A stretch of 64,000 nucleotides of DNA from an uncultured Patescibacteria group bacterium (lineage in GTDB: Bacteria; Patescibacteriota; Patescibacteriia; Veblenbacterales; UBA10138): NCBI GenBank assembly GCA_937929825.1, contig CALFUV010000012.1, positions 44 through 64,043 of the forward strand, given 5' to 3'. The notes beneath the pieces are model-generated. The model was not told where the DNA came from. It searched no databases and saw nothing but the letters and a program-made list of their open reading frames with translations. A program made the translations under genes and the position numbers. Each line of letters begins with the position of its first letter. Position 1 is the first letter of the stretch. Shown here piece after piece: positions 37,970-48,211 of the stretch.

Positions 37970-38145
37970 GTCCTGCTGACCAGCGTAACTGCTGATCAAA
38001 AAACCGGTTCTTTTTAGGAACCGGTTAGCAGTGATAAATAACAGAAAATACACCAGTTCCTAGTGGTTCCGGTTATTATTATTAATTTTAACTATATAAT
38101 TAATAATCATACCTAATATTAATTTAGGCTAAATTTATTTTTAAG

Positions 38146-38631
38146 TCAAGGTATATATTGTTCCACAATTTTAATAACACTATTTTCTTTCAAAGTTATA
38201 TGAAAGGGTATTTTAGAATATAAATCCAATCTGTTAACTAAATCAACATAAGGTACTGACTGGTTCCAATAGTAATTACCATCTTCATTATGGCTCCAGG
38301 TTTGCATTAACACCTCTACTTGGGGAGCAACACGATAACGAATAATATCAGGAGATGCGTTGCGAATATAATAATTATTAGGGGGATAACAATCTTCTTC
38401 TAGCGGGCAAACGCCATCCTCACGCATAGCTAAAACAGCGGCTTGGCCATTAAACCATGTTAACTCATCAACTGTTAAATAACCGGGCTCAGCTGATACT
38501 ATTTTAGCCATAATAACTCGTTCAATTGTATTTGGCTGAGTTACAAGCTGACGAATACTTACTGAAACCAAAGCTCCTGCTACCAAAGCCAAGGCTCCAA
38601 TTATTATAAACAGCAGCCACCTTTTATTCAT
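38146..38631 (-). CDS. Hypothetical exported/membrane-anchored protein
   Basis: N-terminal TM helix; PNNYYIRN, IVEQYIP. Confidence 0.75.
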   Translation of the reverse strand: MNKRWLLFIIIGALALVAGALVSVSIRQLVTQPNTIERVIMAKIVSAEPGYLTVDELTWFNGQAAVLAMREDGVCPLEEDCYPPNNYYIRNASPDIIRYRVAPQVEVLMQTWSHNEDGNYYWNQSVPYVDLVNRLDLYSKIPFHITLKENSVIKIVEQYIP

Positions 38632-38640
38632 ATAAATAAT

Positions 38641-39432
38641 TTATTTAACTTTATAGCTGACTGAAACTTCAATAATTATTTCTTGAGAGCCTGTTGGCAA
38701 GGTAGGTGAAGCATCTCCCAAACCACCTTTTTCAGATCCACCATAACCATAATAACTATATGATCCAGGCACGCCGGGAACTTGAATAATATTTTCCCAC
38801 CAGCCTACCACCTTGCCCAAGCGCACTCCGGCCGCTTCAGCTAAAGAACCGGCTTTACTTTTAGCATCAACTATGGCCTTAAGGCGAGCTTGTTGTTTAA
38901 GTTCCTCAACATTGGAAATTGAAAAATTAATACCCAATATCTGATTGGCACCGGCTTTAGTAGCCTCAGCAATGACTTTAGTTAGTTTATCATTGCCGGT
39001 ACTAATATCTTTTAACTTTACCACCACTTGCTGATTGGCGCTATAACCTGCTGGAATTTGTACACCATCACGATAATCATATTGCGGGTTAAGTGAAAAA
39101 TTTTGAGTAGTAATATTTTCTGCTGAAATATCAACTGTTTTAACAGCCGTAATTATTTTTTCCATTTTTTCATTCAATTGCTTTATAGCCAACTCGGCCG
39201 AATAAACCCTATCCACCTGCACACCAATAGTAACCTCAGCGGTATCGGGTTGATAAGCCACCTTACCTTGCCCCGTCACATTAACTTGCCATTGCGGTAC
39301 GTTAACTAGACGATCGCGCAATAAAGCCACAACTACAATACCAGTCAGCAAAATCATACCTAAAAACGCCAAAATTATTTTAGGCTCACGCCAAAGCGGC
39401 TTGTCAGCAAGTACTAAATTTGAATCACTCAT
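38641..39432 (-). CDS. SIMPL (DUF541) domain protein
   Basis: VTGQGKV...PDTA, ITTQNFSLNPQYDY, ARLKAIVDAKSKA..LA...GV.LG. Confidence 0.9.
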   Translation of the reverse strand: MSDSNLVLADKPLWREPKIILAFLGMILLTGIVVVALLRDRLVNVPQWQVNVTGQGKVAYQPDTAEVTIGVQVDRVYSAELAIKQLNEKMEKIITAVKTVDISAENITTQNFSLNPQYDYRDGVQIPAGYSANQQVVVKLKDISTGNDKLTKVIAEATKAGANQILGINFSISNVEELKQQARLKAIVDAKSKAGSLAEAAGVRLGKVVGWWENIIQVPGVPGSYSYYGYGGSEKGGLGDASPTLPTGSQEIIIEVSVSYKVK

Positions 39433-39603
39433 ATAATATAGTCCTTTTAACCGGAATAATTTAATAACCGGTTAATTAATAATTAGTCATAATTTAATCT
39501 ACTAATAAACAACGATTATTTATTTGGAAAGTAACAAACCACATTTATAAATTATAAGCGTGCTTTGTTTACCTGGCAAACAGCAGCTTATTGGGCAGAA
39601 AAA

Positions 39604-42306
39604 TTAACTAATGTTTTTCCGCTGACGAATAAAGAATTTACGAACTTCATCTACCACAATCACTGTGGCTGAAACACTAATGATTATAAGCCAATCTTGT
39701 CCGCCTAAAGGCGCGGTACGTAGTATCTTTTGCATAAAAGGGGCATAAATAGCTGATGTTTGTAAAGAAATAACCACAGCTAACGCCGCTAATAAATAAA
39801 GGTTGCTAAAAGGATTTTGTCGGAAAATAGATTTATCTTCAGAACGAGCGCTAAAAGCCCGAAACCACTGAAATACTGCCATAGTAGTTAAAACCGCTGT
39901 TTGGGCCACAACTAAACCTCTGTCCAAATAAGATTGGAATACTATGAAGCTGCCAGTTGCTATTACTAGTGCAGTAATAGCGCTGGAGCTAAAAAGTTTC
40001 TTATCCACTAAATATTTTTTAGTCCGTTCCTGACGCCAGCTTAAAAGCCCTTCTTCTTTTGGTTCCATAGCCAAAGCCGCCACTAAAAAACCATCAGTTA
40101 CAAAATTAAGCCAGATTATTTGGGCAGCTAATAAAGGTAGAGGGTATCCCATAAAAAGTGCTACTGTAATTAACAACACCTCACCTAGGTTAGTAGATAA
40201 AAGATACTGTAAAACTTTACGAATAGTCCGGTAAATACTTCTGCCTTCTTCTACAGCACTTACAATACTTCCAAAATTATCATCCAACAATACAATATCG
40301 GAGGCTTCTTTAGCTACTTCAGTACCAACCTGCCCCATAGCTACCCCTAAATCAGCTGCTACCAGAGAAAGGGCGTCATTTACTCCATCGCCGGTCATAG
40401 CTATTATTTCTCCCCTTTTCTTATAAGCTTCAATAATTTTAAACTTGTGTTCTGGTGTAACTCGGGCAAAAACTGTTACCTTGTCTAAATAATGCGCCAA
40501 CTCTTCAATACTTAAACTTTCCACCTCCTCACCGCTAAGAACCATATTACCATCTTTAAATATGCCAGCTTCACGGGCAATTGTTTCAGCTGTTAATTTA
40601 TGATCACCTGTTATCATAACCACCCGAATACCAGCTTGCTGAGTTCTTTCCAAAGCATCATGCACTTCTGGACGCAAAGCATCTCTCATACCCATAAAAC
40701 CAACAAAATTCAAATTGGGTAAAATATTATTTTTAATAAGATTTTTACTACCAGTACACATAGCTAAAGCTACCACCCGTAAACCTGATGAAGAAATATC
40801 TTCTACCTTTTTTTCCAATTCCCTGCGCTTTTTTTTACTTAAAATTATGCTATGCCCGCCCAGCCATATATGACTGCTAAGTTTAAGGACTACTTCAGCC
40901 GCCCCAGCCACCACCAACAAATTCTGGCTACCTCTTTGATACTGTACAGCATGATACTTAGTGCGATAATCAAATGGCAACTCCAGACGTTTAACATAAT
41001 CTTTTTCCATGTCTTCCTTATGAAAACCAATTTTTTCACCTAACACCATTATGGCTGCGTCAGTTGGATCACCAGTTATTTGCCACCTTCCTTCCTCACC
41101 TACTTGAGCTAAACGAGCATTAGCGACCAAAGAAGCTAATTTACCCATCTGAACCAACTCCTGATGAGTGAGTGGTTCAATAATTTCACCAGCCATTTTA
41201 ATTTCACCCTTAGGCTCATAACCAGCACCGGTAACTTCATAGGTTTTACCATTTACCCAAAGCAGCTGTACTACTAATTCGTTTTTGGTTAAGGTACCTG
41301 TTTTATCAACAGCCAAAATTCTGGCTTGGCCTAAAGACTCCACGGCTTGCAACTTTTTTACTAAAGCATTGCGTTTAGCCATACGCCAAACTCCTGTTAC
41401 TAAAATCAGAGTCAAAGCTACTGGCAGGCCTTCCGGAATAAACGATACAGCCAACGCCACTACCAGCTTAAACATTTCTAAGGGTGTGTGATTAAACCAA
41501 ATAATACCAGTGGTAAACAACAAAAATGACAAAGCGGTTGTTCCTAAAATTAATAATCTGGCTAAGTTACTAATATTATTTTTTAAAGGAATTTCTGTAT
41601 CAATAGTGGCAATTTCTTTAGTTATTCGGCCAATTACTGTATTAAGTCCTGTAGACACTACTACTGCCTGTCCATGCCCAGAAACAACATTGGTCCCCCT
41701 AAAAACCCGATTAACCTGTTCGGCGGTGGTAACTTTTTTTTGTTTGATTGGCGAAGTAACTTTATGTACTGGATTTGATTCACCCGTTAAAGCGGCTTCA
41801 TCTAATTTTAAACCCTGCGATTCCACTACCCGACCATCTGCTGGAACTTTTATACCCTCTTCTAGCACTATAATATCACCCGGTACCAATTCGCGATCTG
41901 GCACTATTAGTTGTCGCGCGTCTCTAATAACTGTGGCTTGGGTTTCGGTAAATTTTTTCAAAGCCTGTAAAGTGTTTTTTGCCCTACCTTCCTGCACAGC
42001 TCCTACTATAGCATTAACCAATAATACTAATATGATAATGCCGGTATCTGTATAATCGCCCAATAAAAAAAGAACGAATGCGGCAACTAATAAAATATAA
42101 ATTAAAGGGCTTTTAAACTGCCGTAAAAAAATTATAAACCAACTTTCTACTTTTTCTTCCAATAAAGTATTTAGTCCATATTGCTCCAAACGCCGGGCCG
42201 CTTCTGACATACTTAAACCATGCTCACTGGTGCCTAATAATTCAAACACTCTTGGCACTGGTAAAGTGTGCCACTCTTTTTCAATAGTTAAAGATATTTT
42301 TTCCAT
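39604..42306 (-). CDS. P2-type cation (Ca2+)-transporting ATPase
   Basis: TGES, IPEGLP, DKTGTLT, TGDH, TGDGVND, QIIWLNFVTDG. Confidence 0.92.
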   Translation of the reverse strand: MEKISLTIEKEWHTLPVPRVFELLGTSEHGLSMSEAARRLEQYGLNTLLEEKVESWFIIFLRQFKSPLIYILLVAAFVLFLLGDYTDTGIIILVLLVNAIVGAVQEGRAKNTLQALKKFTETQATVIRDARQLIVPDRELVPGDIIVLEEGIKVPADGRVVESQGLKLDEAALTGESNPVHKVTSPIKQKKVTTAEQVNRVFRGTNVVSGHGQAVVVSTGLNTVIGRITKEIATIDTEIPLKNNISNLARLLILGTTALSFLLFTTGIIWFNHTPLEMFKLVVALAVSFIPEGLPVALTLILVTGVWRMAKRNALVKKLQAVESLGQARILAVDKTGTLTKNELVVQLLWVNGKTYEVTGAGYEPKGEIKMAGEIIEPLTHQELVQMGKLASLVANARLAQVGEEGRWQITGDPTDAAIMVLGEKIGFHKEDMEKDYVKRLELPFDYRTKYHAVQYQRGSQNLLVVAGAAEVVLKLSSHIWLGGHSIILSKKKRRELEKKVEDISSSGLRVVALAMCTGSKNLIKNNILPNLNFVGFMGMRDALRPEVHDALERTQQAGIRVVMITGDHKLTAETIAREAGIFKDGNMVLSGEEVESLSIEELAHYLDKVTVFARVTPEHKFKIIEAYKKRGEIIAMTGDGVNDALSLVAADLGVAMGQVGTEVAKEASDIVLLDDNFGSIVSAVEEGRSIYRTIRKVLQYLLSTNLGEVLLITVALFMGYPLPLLAAQIIWLNFVTDGFLVAALAMEPKEEGLLSWRQERTKKYLVDKKLFSSSAITALVIATGSFIVFQSYLDRGLVVAQTAVLTTMAVFQWFRAFSARSEDKSIFRQNPFSNLYLLAALAVVISLQTSAIYAPFMQKILRTAPLGGQDWLIIISVSATVIVVDEVRKFFIRQRKNIS

Positions 42307-42679
42307 AATTAATTACACAGCCAAATGATGGTTTTGCTGGTGATTAGAAAACCTGTAAGACGATTTCAACTGAACAGGGTATTTATAAGCTAAAGATTTT
42401 CTAACCTTAAAAGATGAGGGTGTACGATACCTTGTAACCCGAGCATTACTTTTGGAGGCATAATTTCTCATATTAAAATTATATCATAAAAAAATTAACA
42501 CAGTGCCAAACGCTGTGTGAATATTGCTTTATAGAAAATTTACGTTACATCTACTCTTTGTTTTTAAACCAACCTAAATTTTTATTTTAGAATAATTTTA
42601 ATGTGGTAAGAAAAAAATAAATGGGCGACACTTTGCGTCGTCCATTAAACTATTCTCAAAAAGCTGTCGTATTTTGTAG

Positions 42680-42754
42680 TGGTGGGTCTGGTGGGAATCG
42701 AACCCACGACGCCCAGCTTAAAAGGCTGGCGCTCTACCATTGAGCTACAGACCC
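42680..42754 (-). tRNA. tRNA-Lys(TTT), CCA encoded
   Basis: CCAGC-CTTTTAA-GCTGG anticodon arm; GGGTCTG/CAGACCC acceptor. Confidence 0.96.
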
Positions 42755-42801
42755 CTAAAGGTAGACTAACGAAAGTATTCTAATGGCAAATGATTTTTTT
42801 T

Positions 42802-43329
42802 TCAAGTCCTATCTGGTAAATCCAATAATTTAAAGAGTAATTCTCTGGTAACTTCTACATCAGCCAAAGCACGGTGAGCTTGCGGCTGAGAAATACCAAA
42901 ATGTTTAGCCAAATAAGCTAAACTGTAACTGGCTAAAATTACTTTCCTTTTAGCTAAATCAATGGTATCTAATATAGGATTAGTAAGTGTCGGCAAACCT
43001 AATTGCCGCAAATGATGATTTATAAAAGACAAATCAAATCTTATATTATGAGCTACCAAAGTAGCGCCACTGCTAAAAAGCATAAAAGCCGGCATAACTT
43101 CAATTAATAGCTTGCCTTCTTTTGTTATCATCTCATTGGTTATGCCGTGTATAGCTATGGCTTCAGCATCGATTTTTTTACCAGGATTTACAAGCGAAGA
43201 AAAAGTATCAACCACCTCCCTGCCTTTAATACGCTGGGCTGCTAATTCTACAACTGCATGGCCTTCTTCGGGCTTCATGCCAGTAGTTTCTACATCAAAA
43301 ATAACATATTCAATGGCTGAGATGGGCAT
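42802..43329 (-). CDS. DEDDh 3'-5' exonuclease (DnaQ-like)
   Basis: FDVETTG, HGIT, AHNIRFD, HRALAD. Confidence 0.92.
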   Translation of the reverse strand: MPISAIEYVIFDVETTGMKPEEGHAVVELAAQRIKGREVVDTFSSLVNPGKKIDAEAIAIHGITNEMITKEGKLLIEVMPAFMLFSSGATLVAHNIRFDLSFINHHLRQLGLPTLTNPILDTIDLAKRKVILASYSLAYLAKHFGISQPQAHRALADVEVTRELLFKLLDLPDRT

Positions 43330-43448
43330 AAAATAAAGTGTAAGTAATTAAAACGCTAGTGTCGAGAGGGGTGGGTATTAAAGTGTGAAAAAATTGTGTA
43401 AGCCGACAGCTTGATTGATTAGCTTTAAGCGCTTACAATTACCCTACT

Positions 43449-44831
43449 ATGCCTGCAACTCCTAAAAATCAATTTGACCGTTTGCCACCCCAAAATTTGG
43501 AAGCTGAAGTTTCTACATTAGGCGCCTTACTGATAGATAAAGACGCCATCGTTAAGGTGGCTGATTTTTTGGAATCATCTGATTTTTATAATGATTCGCA
43601 CGGTCTAATTTACGAGGCCATGCGTGATCTTTATGAAAACAATATTCCTATAGATATATTATCTCTCTCCAGTCGCTTACAGGAAAAAGGGCAACTGGAA
43701 AAAGTGGGCGGTCACGCTTATCTTTCAGAGTTAGCCGCAACTGTGCCTACGGCTAGTCATATATCTGCTTACGCTAAAATAATTCAGCGAAAAAGTATTT
43801 TACGTAAACTACTGCGCGCCGCAGCGGATATTACCGCTCTGGGGTATCAGGAAAGCGAAGATATAGATCTACTGCTTGACGAAGCAGAAAGAAAACTTTA
43901 TTCAGTTTCCCAACGTTACTACCAGCAAAATTTTATTCCTATTAAATCGGTTTTAAATGAGGCTTTTGATCGTATTGATGAACTACACCGGGAATCAGGA
44001 AAATTAAGAGGTTTGCCCACTGGTTTTAGCGCCTTAGATAATATTTTAGCTGGTTTACAAAAGTCGGATTTAATAATATTAGCCGCCCGTCCAAGTGTAG
44101 GTAAAACAACTTTAGCCTTAGATATTGCACGACACGTAGCTACCAGACAAAAAGTGCCAGTGGGAATTTTTAGTTTAGAAATGTCAAAAGAACAACTGGT
44201 AGACAGGTTATTATGCGCTGAGGCAGGTGTAGATATGTGGCGCATGAGAACAGGCCGGCTCTCTGACAAAGAAGATGATTTTCCACGCATTGGCCATGCT
44301 ATGGGCGTACTATCAGAAGCGCCAATATTTATTGACGATTCTGCTACCTGTAATATTATGGAAATCCGCACCAAAGCCAGACGACTGCAATCAGAACACA
44401 AATTAGGTTTGGTGCTGGTAGATTATTTACAATTAATGGAAGGTCGTTCTACGGAAAACCGTGTACAAGAAGTTTCAGAAATAACGCGTGGCTTGAAAGG
44501 GTTAGCTCGCGAGCTTAATGTGCCAGTGCTGGCCTTATCACAGCTTTCCAGAGCTGTAGAAATCACCCGGCCAGCTATACCTAAACTGGCTCACTTACGA
44601 GAATCAGGGTCAATCGAGCAAGATGCTGATGTGGTATTATTTATCTATCGAAAATCAGCTGATAAAGGCTATGACCCCAGAGATCTTTCTGAAGAAGAAA
44701 AACATGTAGCTGAAATCCATATTGCCAAGCATCGCAATGGACCAACCGGTATTATTAATCTATATTTTGATGCTGACCACGTAACTTTCAAAAATCTGGA
44801 AAAAACCGCTACTCCGCCACCAGCTGAATAA
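43449..44831 (+). CDS. dnaB: Replicative DNA helicase
   Basis: PPQNLEAE, AARPSVGKT, FSLEM, VDYLQLM, LSQLSR, LRESGSIEQDAD, KHRNGP. Confidence 0.97.
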   Translation: MPATPKNQFDRLPPQNLEAEVSTLGALLIDKDAIVKVADFLESSDFYNDSHGLIYEAMRDLYENNIPIDILSLSSRLQEKGQLEKVGGHAYLSELAATVPTASHISAYAKIIQRKSILRKLLRAAADITALGYQESEDIDLLLDEAERKLYSVSQRYYQQNFIPIKSVLNEAFDRIDELHRESGKLRGLPTGFSALDNILAGLQKSDLIILAARPSVGKTTLALDIARHVATRQKVPVGIFSLEMSKEQLVDRLLCAEAGVDMWRMRTGRLSDKEDDFPRIGHAMGVLSEAPIFIDDSATCNIMEIRTKARRLQSEHKLGLVLVDYLQLMEGRSTENRVQEVSEITRGLKGLARELNVPVLALSQLSRAVEITRPAIPKLAHLRESGSIEQDADVVLFIYRKSADKGYDPRDLSEEEKHVAEIHIAKHRNGPTGIINLYFDADHVTFKNLEKTATPPPAE

Positions 44832-44871
44832 CTAAATAATTTTATAATTATTCTTTACACTTATATAATAT

Positions 44872-45183
44872 ATGCCTTCAATGTTCTCTAAACTTAAAGA
44901 AATCAAAGATTTGCGTTCACAAGCCAAAAATTTACAAAACCAGCTAAAAGATGAGCATGTAGAAACTAGTGCTGCTTGGGGCAAGGTGAAAATCAAAATG
45001 AACGGAAATCAAGAAATAGAAAATGTGGAAATTGATCCAGAATTACTAACACCGAATAAAAAGACTGACCTAGAAAAAAGTATTAAAGAAGCTGTAAATG
45101 ATGCTAATCATAAAGTGCAGAAGATTATGGCGGAGAAAGTACGAAAAAGCGGCGGACTAAATATTCCTGGGTTGACTAAATAA
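44872..45183 (+). CDS. ybaB: YbaB/EbfC nucleoid-associated protein
   Basis: GKVKIKMNGNQEI..VEIDPE...EAVNDA; upstream of recR. Confidence 0.9.
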   Translation: MPSMFSKLKEIKDLRSQAKNLQNQLKDEHVETSAAWGKVKIKMNGNQEIENVEIDPELLTPNKKTDLEKSIKEAVNDANHKVQKIMAEKVRKSGGLNIPGLTK

Positions 45184-45330
45184 AAACACAAAACGAGCTG
45201 TAATCGTATACGACTAGAAAGAATATTCTAAAAGGCTGGTGCCTGTGACTGAAAACTGAATTAAAGATATATATTATGGTTGTAAATGCTCTAACTATGT
45301 CTGATACTAAACTTGCATAATTAAAGATTT

Positions 45331-45933
45331 ATGTCACCTACACCTCGCGCACTCGAACGTTTAATACGTGAGTTTACTAAACTGCCCGGTATTGGTCCAA
45401 AAACTGCCGAGCGGCTGGTTTATTATTTATTAAAACAACCTAAAGAAGAACTGATAAGCATGGCTGAGGGTTTGCGGCAAGTTAAAGATGAAGTGGTTAA
45501 CTGTTCACAGTGCTTTAGGTTTTCCGATCAAAATCCATGCCCAATTTGCTCTAATAACAAAAGAGATAAATCAATTCTGTGTGTAGTAGCTGAATCTCAG
45601 AACATCCCAGTTATTGAAAAAACCGGGGCTTTTGCAGGAGTTTATCATGTACTAGGCGGCTTAATAAGCCCGCTGGAAGGTATAACACCAGATAAACTAA
45701 AAATTGCTGAACTGGAAAAAAGGCTTAAAAATAATGGGGTTAAAGAAGTTATTTTAGCTCTTAATCCTGATTTAGACGGCGAAACAACTTCTCTATACTT
45801 AGCTAAACTAATTAAGTCTTTAAATATTAAAGTTACTCGACTGGCGCGAGGTCTGCCTATGGGTGCGGATTTGGAGTATGCTGACGAAATAACTTTGGAA
45901 AGCGCTATTATAGGCAGACGAGAAGTTCTATAA
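45331..45933 (+). CDS. recR: Recombination mediator RecR
   Basis: LPGIGPKTAERL, C4 zinc finger, YHVLGG, Toprim DGETT, LEYADE. Confidence 0.96.
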   Translation: MSPTPRALERLIREFTKLPGIGPKTAERLVYYLLKQPKEELISMAEGLRQVKDEVVNCSQCFRFSDQNPCPICSNNKRDKSILCVVAESQNIPVIEKTGAFAGVYHVLGGLISPLEGITPDKLKIAELEKRLKNNGVKEVILALNPDLDGETTSLYLAKLIKSLNIKVTRLARGLPMGADLEYADEITLESAIIGRREVL

Positions 45934-45936
45934 ATA

Positions 45937-45970
45937 AAAAATACTCTGCCTTATAAGGCAGAGTATTTTT
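45937..45970. terminator. Bidirectional terminator between convergent recR and rplU units
   Basis: Perfect palindrome AAAAATACTCTGCCTTA|TAAGGCAGAGTATTTTT. Confidence 0.8.
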
Positions 45971-45981
45971 ATAGATTTTAT

Positions 45982-46065
45982 TTAGGCAACTTCATCAGTT
46001 GATTCATCTTCGTCGCCACTGATTTCTTCGGTTGTTGGCTCAACCTGTGTTTGATCATCAAACAT
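45982..46065 (-). CDS. 27-aa acidic micropeptide (missed by the ORF track)
   Basis: MFDDQTQVEPTTEEISGDEDESTDEVA; GAAAGGAG SD 7 nt upstream; terminator just downstream. Confidence 0.6.
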   Translation of the reverse strand: MFDDQTQVEPTTEEISGDEDESTDEVA

Positions 46066-46124
46066 AATATCTCTCCTTTCCTTTTGTTTACTACGAAAGC
46101 AAACAAAAGTTACTGGTTAATTAA

Positions 46125-46439
46125 TTAATTTATATTAGTCACCTTAATTTCTGTAAAAGGCTGACGATGGCCCTGCTTTTTATGATACCTAACCTTGGGT
46201 TTATAATGAATTACGGTTATTTTACGAGCCCGCCCCTGCTTAACTACTTCACCTGAAACATTAGTTTTAACTGTTGGTTTGCCGATTTCAATTTTACTGC
46301 CATCGGTTTCAGCCACCATTAGAATATCACCAAAACTCACCTTACTATCAGAAACTTCCAGTTTTTCAATTTTAAGACGGCTTCCTTCCTGAACCAAATA
46401 TTGTTTACCTCCGGTTTTAATTACAGCCACTTTAGACAT
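46125..46439 (-). CDS. rplU: 50S ribosomal protein L21
   Basis: AVIKTGGKQYLV, GHRQPFT. Confidence 0.96.
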   Translation of the reverse strand: MSKVAVIKTGGKQYLVQEGSRLKIEKLEVSDSKVSFGDILMVAETDGSKIEIGKPTVKTNVSGEVVKQGRARKITVIHYKPKVRYHKKQGHRQPFTEIKVTNIN

Positions 46440-46494
46440 AATAAAAATATTTTATTTAGCTATTATTAGCACAGGTAATAATATCTTATCAGAC

Positions 46495-47001
46495 TTACCT
46501 TGTCAACCCCTCAATCTCATCACCAATATTAATTTTATTCCTTACTACCCAACCAGAAGGAACTTCAATTACCCCGTCAATTGGTTGGCTGGGTATAATA
46601 TTTACTGGTTTAGGGTTTTGGAGAGAGGGTGCTGGAATATCGGTATCTATCTGGACAATGTTATTACCAGATAACCACATAAAATCTAAAGAAAAATTCA
46701 TACCCTGCATCCAAAAACCATAATAGCCCGGACTATCAAATAAAAAAATCATACCTCTACCCTCAGGTAAGATTTCACGACCTGATAACCCTCGGGCTTT
46801 CTCTGCGTTACTGCGAACTACTTCAACAGTTAAAGGAATTTTTTTAATCCTCAATTCCTGAATTTCCTTCTGAACAATTTTCTGATTAAACTGCTCATCA
46901 GACATCAAAGGGGCTGACAACCGTCCGCAACCGTTCATTATAAAAGTCGCTGTGAAAACAAAAAATATTAAATATTGAGGTTTTGATAATTTAAATATCA
47001 T
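46495..47001 (-). CDS. DUF192 family lipoprotein
   Basis: ARGLSGRE, GMIFLF, FWMQGMNFSLD; lipobox-like NGC. Confidence 0.88.
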   Translation of the reverse strand: MIFKLSKPQYLIFFVFTATFIMNGCGRLSAPLMSDEQFNQKIVQKEIQELRIKKIPLTVEVVRSNAEKARGLSGREILPEGRGMIFLFDSPGYYGFWMQGMNFSLDFMWLSGNNIVQIDTDIPAPSLQNPKPVNIIPSQPIDGVIEVPSGWVVRNKINIGDEIEGLTR

Positions 47002-47164
47002 TTACTGGGATATCATAAATGAACGCTAATAAAAACGCAAACAATATCATCAAGGGTGTTTCAAAAAGTAAAACTAATAATAAATTTATAATTTCATTAA
47101 ACAATATAATTAAAAATTACACCAATAATAAAATATATTAAAAATCTTCTAAAGGAACTCAAAA

Positions 47165-48211
47165 CTAAAGACTTTTTTGTTTGAGCTGATATCGTCTTAC
47201 TAACCAAATACCCAATATAATCATAACCGCCAGTAATACCCCCAAGGTAATTAATTTCCCTTCTGTACGCAAAAACAAAGAAATTAAACCGAAGAACAAT
47301 GTTATGATATAAAGTATTATAACAGCTTGCCGGTGCGATAAACCTATATCCAATAAACGATGATGTAAATGTTTTCGATCAGCTGAGGCTAAACTTTTCT
47401 TTTCCCAAAATAAACGCCGCACTATTACCCAAACTACATCTAAAATAGGTATGCCCATAACTAAAAGTGTAGTAGCGATTTTAGCGCCTGATATTATAGC
47501 TAATATACCCAAAATAAAACCAATATAAAGACTGCCGCCTTCACCTAAAAAAATCTTAGCCGGATGCCAATTCCAAATTAAAAAACCAAGACAAGCGCCG
47601 GCAAAAATAATAGCCAATAAACCAACAGGCGGTTCATAAAAAGGCGTAAACTGAGTAAGCCCAAATATAATAAGCCCGCCAATTGCGCCAATACCTGAAA
47701 CCAAACCATCTAAACCGTCTAAAAGTTTAGTAGTGTACATCATACCCATCAACCATAAAAAAGTTAAGAGCGGACTTATAAATGCACTCAATTGAATTAA
47801 GTCGCCGCCAAATGGATTGGTAACCACACTAATATTAATACCTGCCATAATAACAACCACACTAGCTAGAATCGGCCAAAGCATCTGCCTAGCTGGCGGC
47901 TGGTGGTATTTATCATCCAAATACCCCCCAATCATCAGTAAAAAACCGCCAAATATTAAAGCTAATATATCCCGAAGACTTACTGATTTACCTAAAATAT
48001 AAGGTGTAAAAAATGCAAAAATTATTGTAATTAAACTAAAGGTAAGAAAAATCGCTATGCCGCCTAACAGGGGTGTATTGAACTGGTGTAGTTTGCGTAA
48101 TTTATCCGGAATATCAATAATCACCTGTTTTAAAGCCCAAAAACGAACCACCTTTGTTAAAACAATCGCTACAATAAAACTAAAAGTAAGAGCAATAAAT
48201 GACGACATCAT
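47165..48211 (-). CDS. WecA/MraY-like polyprenyl-phosphate sugar-1-phosphate transferase
   Basis: TPLLGGIAI, GYLDD, DGLDGL, PAKIFLGEGG, DRKHLHHRL. Confidence 0.9.
   Translation of the reverse strand: MMSSFIALTFSFIVAIVLTKVVRFWALKQVIIDIPDKLRKLHQFNTPLLGGIAIFLTFSLITIIFAFFTPYILGKSVSLRDILALIFGGFLLMIGGYLDDKYHQPPARQMLWPILASVVVIMAGINISVVTNPFGGDLIQLSAFISPLLTFLWLMGMMYTTKLLDGLDGLVSGIGAIGGLIIFGLTQFTPFYEPPVGLLAIIFAGACLGFLIWNWHPAKIFLGEGGSLYIGFILGILAIISGAKIATTLLVMGIPILDVVWVIVRRLFWEKKSLASADRKHLHHRLLDIGLSHRQAVIILYIITLFFGLISLFLRTEGKLITLGVLLAVMIILGIWLVRRYQLKQKSL

Noticed and set aside
38002-38026. AACCGGTTC-N7-GAACCGGTT hairpin upstream of tRNA-Asn
   Set aside because: Adequately explained as a terminator-like hairpin after the upstream genes; no further support for an ncRNA
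42313-42461. Possible ~49-aa basic ORF upstream of the P2 ATPase
   Set aside because: The ATG frame stops after 23 codons and the longer reading needs a frameshift; no recognisable family
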